Of a stretch of 64,000 nucleotides of DNA, positions 24,879 to 38,212 are shown in pieces (positions within the stretch are counted from its first letter, which is position 1; each line of letters begins with the position of its first letter). Under the pieces are notes generated by a model. That model worked only from the letters and a program-made list of their open reading frames with translations, was not told where the DNA came from and searched no databases. The stretch is from the NCBI RefSeq assembly GCF_018350175.1, contig NC_058368.1, positions 233,494,001 to 233,558,000 on the forward strand. The letters are read 5' to 3'. Source of the DNA: Felis catus. Its lineage: Eukaryota. A program made the translations under genes and the position numbers.

Positions 24879-26297
24879 TATTTCCAAGTTATTAGCGGGT
24901 TCCCAGCTGAGGAGGAGAGTGCAGTGGCTCAGAGCATGGGCCGGGTGTCCAGAAGTCTGGAAGCAAATCCCAGCTCCCCTATTTGCTCGTGTCTTGATGG
25001 TATTGGCTTATGGGGGGATGTGGCCACATCCTGGATGTAAGGGGCTGGTTGCCATGCAGTGGCTGTCTCGCCGCATGATTCGAGACAATTCTGGGGCAGC
25101 AAGGTCACTGCCCACCAACCAGACAACTAAAATTCACGTCTGAGTCAGGGCCACTACTTTGAATGGGACTCCTGGTCACCTCCTAACCTCTCTGGGTCTC
25201 GCTTTCCTCACCCTAAAATGGAGGGGCTGGCCCAGTCCCAGCCTTCTTTTTGCTAGGGAAGCTGGGGAAGCAATCGTTCTATAACATTTATTTTTAGATA
25301 AAGAAAAAAAAAGTCAACTTGAGTTTAGCTGCAAACAAAAGTATCTCATTTCCCCACTCAATAGCTAATTCTCTAGGAGTCAGAATTCAGAACACATGTT
25401 GCTTGATTTACAGTGGCAACCAGCAATTTGTGTGAGAAAGACTTAATTTAGAAGAACGCACATGTCATTTTTTTTTCATAACCAAGTAAGAGTTACAATT
25501 AGTTTGATTCATATGCTGTCACGATGTCTCCACCACACGCACTGTGAACAATACAAAGTTTTCGAGGCAGCACTTTGATAGAGAGGACTATTTCTCAGTT
25601 GTGTAATTTATATTAAACATAAACCCTCCTCCATTTTTCTCTTGAATGTCCCATGCCCACTCAAGCATCGTCTCCTGTGAGTGGATCCTTAAGTAGGAAA
25701 ACCACCGAATGGACTCACATTGTAGAGTTTTGTTCCGTAATGCTCTACCTTCAGAAAATTGCCAGAATAAGTCAAAGCGAAACGTCCAACATAACGCCAA
25801 CGTAAAAAACTCGCGTTAACTCTGTCTCCCCTTTTCACCTCCATCTTAACACGGCGCAGATTTTTAAATCATGTCATCACATCAAAGACCAAATGACTCA
25901 AAATGTTTTCCAGTGTTTGATTTAGAAATTAAGGAGATACAGAATGGATTCAAAATGAGAATGGGCAGGCTGTGAAAGAATCAAAGTGTTCATGATTACT
26001 TAGGTTCTCCTTGGAAAGTTCCCCCCATGCTTATTGTCTTATCAGCCATACTTGAAAGTTAAGTCATTAAAATCACATAAGGACCGATCAGGAAGAAATT
26101 TAAAAAAGAAGCAAAACACTAACTGCAGATCAAATGTTAAGAGAAGTTGTTATAGAGAATATGGCATAGTGGATAAGGAGTAAGTGGAGTTTATTTTAGA
26201 GAGAGAGAGTGTATGTGTGTGTGTGTGTACATGTTTCATATACCATTGAGAAATACATTCTTTGTATGTAACGTAGGTCTTTGCTTTCTATTATAAA

Positions 26298-26498
26298 TTT
26301 TTTTTAAGTTTATTTTGAGACAGGCAGAGAGAGCAAGTGGGGGAGGGGCAGAGAGAGAGGAAGAGAGAGAGAATCTCAAGCAGGCTCTGTGCTGTCAGCC
26401 CACAGCCCGACACAGGGATCGAACTCATGCACCGTGAGATCGTGACCTGAGCTGAAACCAAGGGTTGGACGCTTAACCGACTGAGCCACCCAGATGCT
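26298..26498 (-). mobile_element. Can-SINE
   Basis: Reverse-complement SINE; flanks share ctttg.tttcta. Confidence 0.9.
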
Positions 26499-27974
26499 CT
26501 TTTGTTTTCTATATGAAGCTAAATAACAGTATAATAGTACAGGTGTTTAATAAAACCATTCAGTCCATGCATATTTTGTCACAAAAAAGAATTCATCATT
26601 CTTCTAAAAAAAACACGTCTTGTACATAAGAACATAATACGCACTCAATAAATCTTGAAAGGATGAATATTATTTTGAGAGGCCAGCTTAGTCTCACCTA
26701 CTTGAGTTACAACAGCCTCTTACATTGGATACACATGGAGCAGGGAGTCAGAAAGAAGCAAGAGTGTGCTGGAAAGGGGAGGACGGGGGACGGTCATCTC
26801 TCACAAGTGACAGGCCTCCATCGTTCAGACGGCACAACACTGGATGGAAACCCGCAGGACCTCCGGTGCTAGCTGCTTCTTCCTCCCCGTCTACACGGCT
26901 ACCTTTAGGTTAATTGTCCAGTGTTTTTCAAATTCTAGGCACTGAATTAAAATAAATACATTGGAAACCAGAACGTTCACTAAATGAAAAAATGGTACTG
27001 GCGACAACTCATGTGTCCTGAGTGGCGACCACGGGCCAGGCACTGTGCGTGAGCCACTCGTGCTCACTGGCGGCCAGACTGAGGGGATTGTAGTGGAAAA
27101 TGACCCACACTCTCATCGCCTGCAGGTGACAGTGCTTTTGTGCTACTGGGGTTTGGCTCATCTACATCACCTATTCCTCTGGCTTTTCCTGTCTTTGTTC
27201 TTTCCAATTCTTTTTCATTGTCTCCTTTGAAGCATTACCACTAGTCCAGGTGACTCTCAAAAAACTATGAGACACACTGTTCCCTACTTAACCCTCCTCC
27301 TGGTCCTGAGTTAGGTTCAGATAGGTTTCAACAATGTATTCTAGGAAACCGGTGGAGCTGGGATGGATTCTCCTTCCAAAATCAGTGAAGACTGAACAGG
27401 CCACCGACAAACATCCAAACTCTTATCACTGTTGAGATCATCCCCCGTTTCAGAGCATCTGGCTTTTTCTTCTGCTGCCGCACAGGTCTCAGGTGACAGT
27501 GAAACGGAAGAAAGGCCCTGACTGATGGGATTCTCTGCTGCACTACAATGTCATATTTTCTGTCCCTCTGATTAGAAAACACCTTTGTTTGCTGGATCAC
27601 TATTTCCAAATGTGTGCTTACTGTTCTTCACTTCTACGGTTTCCAGTGATTTCTCACACACTGCTGTGGATTAGTCAAGATCCCCCAGAGAAAACAGAAT
27701 CAACAGCATGTGTATTATCTATGTATCTATCATAACTTTACAGACCTTTGTATCTACCTCTATTTCTGTCTACCAATCGTCAAGCAATCAGTCCCTTATT
27801 GTCATCATCTATCTATCAGATTTACTTTAAGAAATTGGGTCACCTGATTGTGGGGGCTGGCAAGTTCAAATTCTGCAGGGCAGGCTGGAGACCCAGGGAA
27901 GAAATGATGTTGCAACTTGATTCCGAAAGCAATCTGCTGGCAGAATTTCCTCCTCCTCAGGAGACCTCGCTTTT

Positions 27975-28051
27975 CTTCCTTCCTTCCTTCCTTCCTTCCT
28001 TCCTTCCTTCCTTCCTTCCTTCCTTCCTTCCTTCCTTCCTTCCTTCCTTCC
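27975..28051. repeat. (CCTT)n microsatellite
   Basis: Directly visible, in a SINE tail. Confidence 0.96.
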
Positions 28052-28228
28052 TTTTTTTTTTTAAGAGAGAGACAGAGATTGAGAGAGTGGGAGAGAGGCA
28101 GAGGCAAAGGGAGAGAATCCCAAGCAGGCTCCGTGATCAGTGTGGATCCTGATGCGGGGCTCGATCCCATGACCCTGAGCTGAAATCAAGAGTTGGCCGC
28201 TCAATCAACTAAGCCTCCCAGGTGCCTC
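28052..28228 (-). mobile_element. Can-SINE
   Basis: gagagaatcccaagcaggctcc...aagcctcccaggtgcctc. Confidence 0.88.
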
Positions 28229-28973
28229 CACACTCTTTTTTCTTAAGGCCTTCAACTGATTGCAAGAAGCCTACCCATGTTATGGAGGGTGATCTGCTTT
28301 ACTCCAAGTCTACTGATTCAAATGTGAATATCTTAAAAATACTTACATGGCAAAGTCTAGACGGATGTTTGACCAAACAGCAAAGAATGATGGTCTGAGT
28401 AGACATATAAAACCAACCATTGCACCATGGTTTTTAGACAGCTTTAAGTAATGAAACAGGCATATGATGGGAAAAGTACTGAATCTCATCTTCATAAATT
28501 TTTCACTAGAGCTGCTGGTGGAGAAATCTAGGGCACTATATGTTTAATTTTACTTTCTTTTCCTCCAGGGAAGGAGCACGATCATTGAGAAGTGGCGTCA
28601 TCAGGCAGCCACAAGCAACGAGGGTGGCATCCATCTACAGAACTCAAACCAATCACAGGGCAGCATCCCGCATTTCTGGTATCATCTGTAGCTGGCCCTT
28701 CCCACATCTACCTGGTTAACACTCAGACATCTTACTTCCAATGGAGGAAGGGGGTGGGGGTAAGTAAGCAATGGTTTCATTTTCAATCTCCCCTACACCT
28801 ATGGAATACTTTGGTTTTAACTAGTTTGGTTAGTTAAAGGCAACAAATCTTTAGTTAACTCTAGTTCACAGAAGGTAATCATACAAAATTACATCTAAGT
28901 CCGTTACTTTATTGCCCTTCCTGCATCAGTACAGTATGTATCCAGGCCAGTCAAGGAAGTAGCCTCTCTCCTC

Positions 28974-29190
28974 TTTTTTTTTTTTTTAACGTTTATTCAT
29001 TTTTGAAATACAGAAAGACAGAGCACAAGTAGGGGTGGGGTGGAGAGAGAGGGAGACACAGAACCTGAAGCAGGCTCCAGGCTCTGAGCTGTCAGCACAG
29101 AGCCCGACGCGGGGCTCGAACTCACGAACCGGGAGATCATGACCTGAGCTGAAGTCGGACGTTCAATCAACTGAGCCACCCTGGCGCCCC
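28974..29190 (-). mobile_element. Can-SINE
   Basis: Full SINE; TSD gcctctctcctc. Confidence 0.94.
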
Positions 29191-32100
29191 TGGCCTCTCT
29201 CCTCCTGGACAAGACTTTGGCGTGTGGTCTTATTATTTTAGAAGAGAGATATTATCATGTTTATAAGTCTTAAGAGTAGTTAATAAATCACATAGTAGGT
29301 ATTGAGAAATAGTTTCTCAAAAAAGAAGTGTCTTGTAAAGTTTGGGAAGAGATGAATAGTCACCAAGAACACAGGTTCTTCTGTTCTGGGATTTCACTAA
29401 GACAAAGATTTCTGAATGGCCTGACAGTGGACCACGTGGCCCTTGCCAAAACATCTTGTACATCTTGGAACCCGATGATGGAACACGGCATGACGAAGGC
29501 TGATGCTTCTCCTTTCCGGCTGCGTAAATCACTGTACCTGCCGTTCATTGTACCATACTTGATTTGCTGGAGTTCACACATTTCCTCATTAGGGAAATGC
29601 AAAAGCCTAGGAGTCAGAGAAATGAACGCTTCTCCTTTTGACAGGTTGCAAGACAGTTTATTTGCCCATGTGCATCAAACATCTAGGCTGGCAGTAGCCT
29701 TTTCTTCCTCCCTCCACGCATGTCTTCATGGATACGTGATTATCCCAGCTGATGTCAGAACTGCCTCTACAAAACCAATCCTCCCAGAGAAGTTGTTGGT
29801 TTATGCAGAGGTGCTCATGCATGAACCAGATCCTAGCGATGGGCCTGAGTGTTTTATTAGAGCTATATTCCAAGGTACAAAGGAGACCCAGGAGGGGAGA
29901 CCAGTCTGAGGAATGGAACCAGTGAACATGATCCCCAGTGGGACAGAACGGAGCAGGCAGCTGAAAGGCCAGGGGAGCCCCAGCACTCAGGCTCTGCGGG
30001 ATGGGCGAAAGTGCGGGGCATGTAGACCCAGGCGGCGAGGGCTACAATTCCCATCCCTGAACGCTGCCGTGCGATCTTGGACTTCACAGCCCAGGAGTCT
30101 CAGCTCTGTCCTCGACAACAGAAGTTCCACCTACTCTGCATGTTTCCACTGAAGTTACTAATAAAAACATGCAAAGTTTGGGCGCGATGTGGGCACTAAA
30201 CAAAGGCAGTTGCCACCCTCCCGGCAGCCCTGGAGAATGGCAGCTTTGATGTGTAGGCAGCACGTGGGCACAAGGGGAGGTGGTTCCTCTCCCTCCTGGA
30301 ACCTGGAAAAAAGGGCTAGAAGATTTTTCTCTAGGAATTCTACCAAGAAACAAACACAAATAGACCTAGAACAGACATCTTCGAGAGTAATATGCCGCAG
30401 AATGGCTTGTTAGAACCCAGTGGAGAGCAACAGAAACACGGCTGGGCAGCAATGAAAGTGCAAGGGAGAGGGCATGAGGACAGGCAGCTGGCGATGGTCT
30501 CTCTGGGCTGTCCAGGGAGAGGCCAGGCAGGCTCGGGACCACGGGTGTCCAGACTGTGGCTGTGTGGACCTCCACAAGGACATGAAGGGAGCACTGGAAA
30601 TGTCCTCACAGCGATCCCTAGAGCTCATTCCAATTCCTGCTCCTGGGGAATGAATACACAATAGAACTGACCCACAACACTGGGACTTGTTGGCATAAAT
30701 CCACAAACGACCTGCCTTTTGCTTTTGATGCTTGAGGCAGGCAAGTCAGCGCCCAGGAAGGGGGCTCACACGTGGAATGCTGACAAATCAGGTCGCTGAA
30801 CATCCAAACTGGAGAGGCCAGCCCCAGCTGGGGATAAAAGCTCAGCCATCATCTGGGAAGCCAGCTTGGGGAGCCTCCAGATAGACACCCAGGACATCCA
30901 GGGGACACCTGTGATCACAAGTGCATTTCAATGCAGCAAAGGGAGGGGGGAAGGACAGATGGCAGGGCAGTACTCCCGAGCACAGTGTCTCATTTTGATC
31001 ACTGAAAAAGTCTTTTCTCTTATCAGCTCTCTTTGAAAGAAAAAGTCTTATTGGAGAACAGAAATAGTTCTTTCCAATTGAAGTAGAATTTTTAAAAATG
31101 AGTTTTCAATTCAGCAGTGAGTAAAAAAAAAAAAAAACCAACTTGCCTGTTTTCAGACTGAACAATTTGTGGTATACCCCTTAGACTATCTTGGCCCATC
31201 TCCTGCCATTAAATGTTTTTATTAGAAGTTTTATGAAGAGATGCTTTTGAAATGTTCCTATAACCTCAATTTTGATGGTCTCCATAAACAGAAATTGCCA
31301 GTGTTATGTTGAGGAACATTTCTACTTTATAGAGCATTGGCACACTGAATCTGGAAGCTTCTAGCTAGCTTATGCTCAAAGAGATGGACAGGCTACTTTA
31401 GCCATTGGAGACTCACAAAGGGGCCTCTCCAAAGAGTCATCCTGTGGATGACCACCTTCCAGCCCAACTTGCTAAGCATCTTCAGATGCCTCTTGCGATT
31501 CCCAGATAGCACAGAGCAAAATCTCCTTCTAAGAGAGTTCTGGGATATGCAAAACTCCATGTAAGGTGTACCTGGCCTCAGGCCTTTGTCTTTGACCTCA
31601 GAGTCCCAGTTGTCAGAATCTTGACCCAATGCATTTGGGTCTGCCCCCAAAAGTGTTCCTCCACCAGTCTCACATGTGTCTTACAGAGCACTCCCACTGG
31701 TCTTGCAGAAGAACCAACGTTCAACGTTCAAGACCATTAAACTGGCCACATAAAAATGAGCCCCTTTCTCGGGGCTCTGAAGGAACATCCTTTAATGTGT
31801 TCTTGCACATGGGATCCCATCAGCCTAGTAATGCAGCAGCCATGGGGTCCTCAGAGTCTCTCAGTCCTGAAGTCTCCTGGTGGGCACTGGTATCTTGAGA
31901 ATGAGGCCAGAGACTCCAAAAGTGAGGTGCTGCACAGGGAAAGTACCCAAAGACATGAGCCAATTGTCACTTCGAAGTGAATGGTGACAGTGCCGGGGGT
32001 CTCTGGGAAATGTGCTTTTCACAGGCCCATCTATGCTTTGCCCCAGTGGAAGATACGGGCAATGGGTTAGTGTTGTTGCATAGGATTTCCTTCTTATTCT

Positions 32101-32345
32101 TGTTTTTTTTCTTTTTTTGGTAACTAAATCTGTACCAATCTAGAAAGTATGTACATAATGCTGTCTACTGTAATCATTTAATAGATACTTATTAGTAGTA
32201 ATTGTAGTCATTCTAGTGATGCAAATACCAAGAGATTATCATATTGACATATTTGTAGACTTTAACTCTTCTGGATTATTTGATTAGGCTGCAAACATCT
32301 ACTTAACTCAGTTTAATATATTAATATACTAAAGACTGGTTATCT

Positions 32346-32529
32346 TTTTTTTTAAGTTTATTTATTTATTTTGAGAGAGAGAGAGAGGGAGTGAGAGCAA
32401 GAGAGGGGCAGAGAGAATCCTAGCAGGCTGTGTGCTTTCAGCGCAGAGCCCAACATGGGGCTTGAAGTCACCAACTGTGAGATCGTGGCCTGAGATGAAA
32501 TCAACCGAACAAGCCCCCCAGGCGCCCCC
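32346..32529 (-). mobile_element. Can-SINE
   Basis: SINE with small head deletion; TSD tggttatctt. Confidence 0.9.
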
Positions 32530-32817
32530 TGTTTGGTTATCTTCTGCTGATTCAAACTGACTATGTGAATTTGCTGAGTCATTGCCCTGAATTTCACAGC
32601 AGATCTCAAGAAGCATGGTCCACGTGGAGAGGGAGACAGCAGACTGCTCTTCAAACAGTTGAAGGCACTGTTTGCCCAAACCGGGCAAACTATAACCGCT
32701 CTCCGAATTTTCCTTCTCTTCCTAAGTTCCTGACTATGTTTCTGAGCATGGTAAGAGTACTGAGCATTTTGCTGTGTCCTTGTTGACATCTAAGATGCCC
32801 TTAAATAAAAATTATCT

Positions 32818-33867
32818 CCAAAGGCAAGGGAATTAAAAGCAAAAATGAACTATTGGGACCTCATTAAGATAAAAAGTTTCTGCACTGCAAAGGAAACAAT
32901 CAACAAAACTAAAAGGCAACCGATGGAATGGGAAAAGATATTTGCAAATGACATATTGGATAAAGGGCTAGTATCCAAAACCTATAAAGACCTCACCAAA
33001 CTCCACACCCAAAAAACAAACAATCCAGTGAAGAAGTGGGAAGAAGACATGAATAGACACTTTTCCAAAGAAGACATCTAGGTGGCCAACAGACATATGA
33101 AACAATGCGCAACATCTCTCCTCCTCAGGGAAATACAAATCAAAACCACACTGAGATACCACCTCACGCTGGTTTAGAGTGGCTAAAATGAACAAATCAG
33201 GAGGCTATAGATGCTGGCAAGGATGTGGAGAAACGGGAACCCTCTTGCACTCCTGGTGGGAATGCAAACTGGTGCGGCCACTCTGGAAAACAGTGTGGAG
33301 GTTCCTCAAAAAATTAAAAATAGACCTACCCTATGACCCAGCAATAGCACTGCTAGGAATTTACTCAAGGGATCCAGGAGTCCTGATGCATAGGGGCACA
33401 TGTACCCCAATGTTTACAGCAGCGCTTTCAACAATAGCCAAATTATGGAAAAAGCCCAATGTCCATCAACTGATGAATGGATAAAGAAGATGTGGTTTAT
33501 AATACCATGGAATACTACTTGGCAATGAGAAAGAATGAAATCGTGCCATTTGCAGCAACACAGATGGAACTGGAAGGTATTATGCTAAGTGAAATAAGTC
33601 AGTCAGAGAAAGACAGATACCGTATGTTTTCACTCATAGGTGGATCTTGGGAAACTTAACAGAAGACCATGGGGGAGGGGGAGGGGAAAAAAGTTACAGA
33701 GAGGGAGGGAGGCAAACCATAAGAGGCTCTTGGATACTGAGAACAAATTGAGGGTTGATGGGGGTGGGGGAGAGGGTAAAGTGGGTGATGGGCATTGAGG
33801 AGGGCACTTGTTGGGATGAGCACTGGGTGTGGTATGGAGATCCATTTGTCAATAAATTATATTTTAA
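32818..33867 (+). mobile_element. 5'-truncated carnivore L1 (~1.05 kb; disrupted ORF2 C-terminus plus 3' UTR)
   Basis: Encodes [33 protein letters not shown] and [32 protein letters not shown]; stop at 33079-33081 and frameshifts; TSD aaaaattatct at 32807-32817 and 33868-33878. Confidence 0.96.
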
Positions 33868-34634
33868 AAAAATTATCTTCTGGGAGACTCTTCACTCAGA
33901 CCTAACAACGGGGAAGCACCATCTGTCAGGGGGATCCATGAGGGACGCCATCCAGGTAAGTGGGGCAGGCCATTCCTGGTCCGGAGGTTTGGAGAAGGAG
34001 GGAGCAGCATTCTGGGTGAAGCTCTTCTAGACCTAACATAGGACGTGTTCCAAATCCTGGGAAACACCAGTGAAACAACCATGGCCCCAGCACATGAATT
34101 AAAAATACAACAGAAAGCGCTACAGCTGCGAACTGGAGGCATGAGTGCTTCCGTCTCCTGGCAGGGCTGGGGAGGGAGGGACCGGGCTTCTGCCTGGCTG
34201 GCGGCAGCTACGCCATGGGGAGGGGCGGCAGCTGTTGTGTGCACTGGCAACAGCTGGAGGCAGGAATCTCAGCTGCATTTCTGCCTGTGTCCTTGGAATG
34301 GGAGAGGCGTATCTGCCAGCAGCCTCTTGCTTCCAGAATACGGATCACTGCGAAGGTTTGAACATCTGCTTGGTTAGAAAATGATTATACCCTAACCTAA
34401 GGAGTTCTATGTTTCTTCTGACCCCATCACTGTTTCCCTAAAATCTACAATATTCTTCTGTTTTTGGCATTATGAGGGTGCTGGACCAACATCTTTTACG
34501 TTACAAATTGACCCACGGTTGTTCACGGAGGCAATGAGGCTATGTGTGGTAGACTGAACGTGGCCGCCCGGCAACGTCCACATTCTAATCCCAGGACTGG
34601 GGAAGAGCAAAAGGGACTTTGCAGATACGATTAC

Positions 34635-34650
34635 TTTTTTTTTAAGTAAT

Positions 34651-34696
<46 letters not shown>

Positions 34697-34862
34697 ATGA
34701 GTGGGGAGGGGCAGAGCGAGAGGGAGGGAGAGAGAGAATTCCAAGCAGGCTCCATGTTGTCAGTGCAGAGCCCCGCACGGGGCTCGATCCCATGAACCTG
34801 ATCACGCCCTGAACCGAAATCAAGGGTCAAACGCTCAACAGACTGAGCCACCCAGGTGCCCC
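34635..34862 (-). mobile_element. Can-SINE with expanded (GA)n
   Basis: TSD tgcagata.g.tta. Confidence 0.92.
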
Positions 34863-35066
34863 TGCAGATATGGTTAAGGTAAGGCTTTGGGGATGAGAAG
34901 ATTATCTTTATTATCACAAGGACTCTCATAAAAGGGAGAAAAGAAGGTCAAAGACAGAGAAAGGTGATGTGACTGTGGGTGCAGAGAGATGGGAGGGTAG
35001 TATACTGCTGGCTTTGAGGATGGAGGGGCCCTGTGCCAAGTTCTGTGGACAGCCTGTGGAAGCTAG

Positions 35067-35463
35067 TTTTGTAAACAGTTTCTGGGCCCAAGATGGAGCC
35101 ACTCCTGCCCAGGGTGTCATGACAGCACACACAGATGTGGGCAACTTCTGTGTCCCTGCAACTGTTCTACTAGCCCAGAGACGCAGTATACACACTCAGC
35201 CAGCCCCCAGATGCCAAGCCACTTCTGAGCTCTGTATGTCCTGCCTTGTTCTTTCTTACCCCAAACGAGTTGACTACTGTCCCCCCCACCCATCAGATAG
35301 GGTCTGTTTTCCTCCTCTTTGTTCCTCATTCATTATCCCAGAAAAGCTGCCTGCCTTCTGCCCCATTTTGCAGTTCTCCAAATAGAGACCGTCTGTCTCA
35401 TGAAGTGTTAAATAAAATGTGTTTGTATTACCTAAATCGTCTTCTTTCATCATTTTGTGAACA
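35067..35463 (+). mobile_element. Probable solo ERV LTR inserted in the MLT1D-like LTR
   Basis: 397-bp interruption; aataaa near 35410, ends ...gtgaaca; 4-bp flanks ctag/cgag. Confidence 0.6.
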
Positions 35464-35999
35464 CGAGAAAGGGGAAAAAAAAAAAAAAAAAAAAAAAAAA
35501 AAGATACCCTGCCCCACCCAGAGCCTCCAGAAGGAATAAGGTGTGCCAACCCATTTTTGACTTCTGAGCGTCAGGCCCGAGAGAGGGCACATTTGTGTTG
35601 TGCGAAGCCATGAAGTTTGCAGTGACTTGTTACAGCAGCAGCAGGAAACTCATACACTATGTCAGAAATGTGGTTCCGGGACCAGAGGACCTGGGTGGTC
35701 TTGGGAAGGAAACCGATGGGTGCAGATATGAGCTTTGTACCCGTGGCAGGGTGTGGGCTGGGGGGCAGGGCCAGAGAACACAAGTGGGATGCAGCTTATG
35801 ATGTGCCCGAGATACCTGACCAGGTTTTCTCATCCTCCGGTGCTGCACCCCAACTCCTATTCCAGAAGACAGATTTCAGGCCCAGGAGACGTCTTCCAGG
35901 GACACTCACAGCTGGACATCTTCTAGTCACGCTGCCTCTACTAACACTTACTTCAGATGACTAATTAATAACATTTGCCAAAATAGATAAAAAGAGAGA

Positions 36000-36533
36000 C
36001 ATACTATGCCCCCTATTATGAGGGTACCCTGGTGATTTCTGGGTTGGGGATACGGTTTGGGACTCATAGGGGGTGTGAAGAAAACCTGAAAGGCTCTATT
36101 TACTTATCTTTGTAAATTAAAAGTAAGAACAGTTGCCAGCAACTGAATATCTTGACTGACAATGACACCCTCCGCAGGTGACTGCCAGACACAGGGCTAT
36201 CACCCACAACAGAGGGTGCACCAGCGGGAAGACAGGGCTTCCTGAGCAGAGCGTGGGAGCTGGTGCCCGCCCTGGTGGGTCAGCTCAGGGCACATCCTGG
36301 CTTGTGGCAATGCACCTGCTCTAGAATGTTTTCTGTGTGGTTAATTCTACAGAAAGTGAAATCTGAGGGCGCCTGGGTGGCTCTGTCGGTTAAGCGTCTG
36401 ACTTCAGCTCAGGTCATAATCCTGCAGCTCGGGAGTTCGAGCCCTACTTCAGGCTCTGTGCTGGCAGCTCGGAGCCTGGAGCCTGCTTCAGATTCTGTGT
36501 CTCCCTCTCTCTCTCTGCCCTTTCCCCCACATG

Positions 36534-36570
<37 letters not shown>

Positions 36571-37530
36571 GAGTAAACATGAACAAAAATTTAGAAAGTG
36601 AAATCTGTATAAAACTTCATAATAGGATGGACTTTCACCCCACACAGTAGTGTTCTGGTTAAAAGTCATTAAACTTAAAGAGGAGTTATTTACTTATTTA
36701 TTTCTGGCTACGATTATAGGGGTGCAAATTTGTTGATCTTGCCCGTCACATCAAAAAACTTCCAATATTGTATTAGCTAAGGGATGTTTTTGTGAACACA
36801 CACACAATTAATTTGTCCTTTAAAACTAAACCTTATTTTAACCATGAAGGAGAAATGATTTTTTATAAGAACACATGTGATGGGAGAAACACACATTTAA
36901 AAGCGCACATTTAAAACCTTCTTTTATGTAATCTTGTTTTGCGAAAATACACAAACGTTCATATTTGTACATTTGTACATTCCTTAGAAAGGAATTTTTA
37001 AATTCAGTTAAAATCTCCCAAATGAAGATTCAGTACATCTTGAACCCATTTGCTAAAAAATAAAAAATGCAATACCTTCTGGTTGATCTGCAAGGAGAAC
37101 TGATTGACACCAGGAAAACATGGAGAGTTTACAGCTGAATTTCATCAAAAAGTCTCTGGGTAAGTGTGGACGAAACTGGAAAATGAGTGTAATGATTTCA
37201 AGACTTGGTCACGGATTCTTTCCTTTGAATCATTTGGCCTTTACACTAAGCGTCAGAATATACTGAACTTCACTACAGTACCCAACAGTGTTCTACTGGA
37301 AAGTGTTAACCCAAAATTCCCTAAACAACAAGGCACATTCCATCACAATATTCTTATTAAATGTATTAAGAATCTAATGTATTTTTGAACTATTAAAAAG
37401 TAAGTAATTTAAAATATTATTTTCATTGTTTTCTCCTCCTTCGTTCTAACGTGTGTTTATAAAGTACATAAAACATGAACATATACATTTTATGAATAAA
37501 CACATACACATACCTAGGTGCACGGTTTAA
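36000..37530 (+). mobile_element. Decayed hAT-Charlie DNA transposon with transposase C-terminal remnants
   Basis: Fragments ILNPF, LQGELID, WTKLENEC and TKRQNILN lie in the order expected for Charlie/Buster transposases (W..NPF, LIDL, W...EY, KTKYRNRL). 5' boundary uncertain. Confidence 0.55.
36366..36592 (+). mobile_element. Can-SINE
   Basis: Perfect 15-bp TSD agaaagtgaaatctg at 36351-36365 and 36593-36607. Confidence 0.95.
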
Positions 37531-37751
37531 CCCTTAATTACACACAGTTAAAACCAGTTTGCTCCCAAGTAGCAGAAAGAAAGAAAGAAAGAAATCCAGT
37601 TCTTTAGGACTTGGGGAAAGTCACACATGCAGTGGATATTTATAGAGGATCTATGGTGCTTGGTGTTGGAGAGACTGAATTCTGCCTCTAAGAGCATGTG
37701 GAAGGAAGTCCTTCCTCCCCCCCTCCCCACTGCCCCCTTCTCTTGCTTCTG

Positions 37752-38212
37752 TGCTATGATGGTTAATTCATATGTCAACTTGGCAAGATCAAGGTGGCCA
37801 GTTGTTTGGCCAAACACTATCCAGATGTTGTAATAAGGGTTTTTTTTTTAAAGATGTTATTAACATTCACAGTGTGTTGATTTTAAGTACAGCAAATTGC
37901 CCTCCATCATGTGGGTGGGCCTCATGCAATCAGTGTTAAGTCTTTAAGAACAAAGACTGAGGTTTCCCAAAGAAGAAGGAATTTTGCCTCTAAACCACCA
38001 CGCAGAAGTTCTGCCTGAGCCTCCAGCCACTGGACTCAGGACTGAAACATCAACTCTGACCTGAACCTCCATCCTGCTGGCCTGCCCTCCAGACTTTGGA
38101 CTTGCGCATAGCCCCCACGACTGCACAAGAAAACTCCTTAAAATAAATTTCTCTCTCTCCACACACACACATCTCCCATCAGTTCTGTGTCTCTGGAGAA
38201 CCATGACTACCC
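37752..38212 (+). mobile_element. MLT2 (ERVL) solo LTR
   Basis: tgatggttaattcatatgtcaacttg...ccctccatcatgtgggtgggcctcatgcaatcagt...ttctgtgtctctggagaacc. Confidence 0.88.

Larger units (their letters stand above)
27666..28423 (-). mobile_element. MLT2 (ERVL) solo LTR interrupted by a SINE and (CCTT)n
   Basis: tggattagtcaagatcccccagagaaaacagaa start; aagaaattgggtcacctgattgtgggggctggcaagt; ggccttcaactgattg...gtttgaccaaac. Confidence 0.85.
34545..35656 (+). mobile_element. MLT1D-like LTR split by a SINE and a second LTR-like insert
   Basis: tgtggtagactgaa start, aaaagggactttgcagat, ctggctttgaggatggagg, agagcctccagaaggaa, end ttgttacagcagcagcaggaaactcataca. Confidence 0.85.

Noticed and set aside
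25398..25420. GTTGC-N13-GCAAC inverted repeat as an RFX X-box
   Set aside because: The spacer is far longer than in canonical X-boxes, and 5-bp arms are expected by chance.
29328..29909. 193-aa ORF in non-repeat DNA, antisense to ADCY2
   Set aside because: No recognisable domain or family; an ORF of this length can occur by chance in 64 kb over six frames. A BLASTP/PhyloCSF hit would reopen it.
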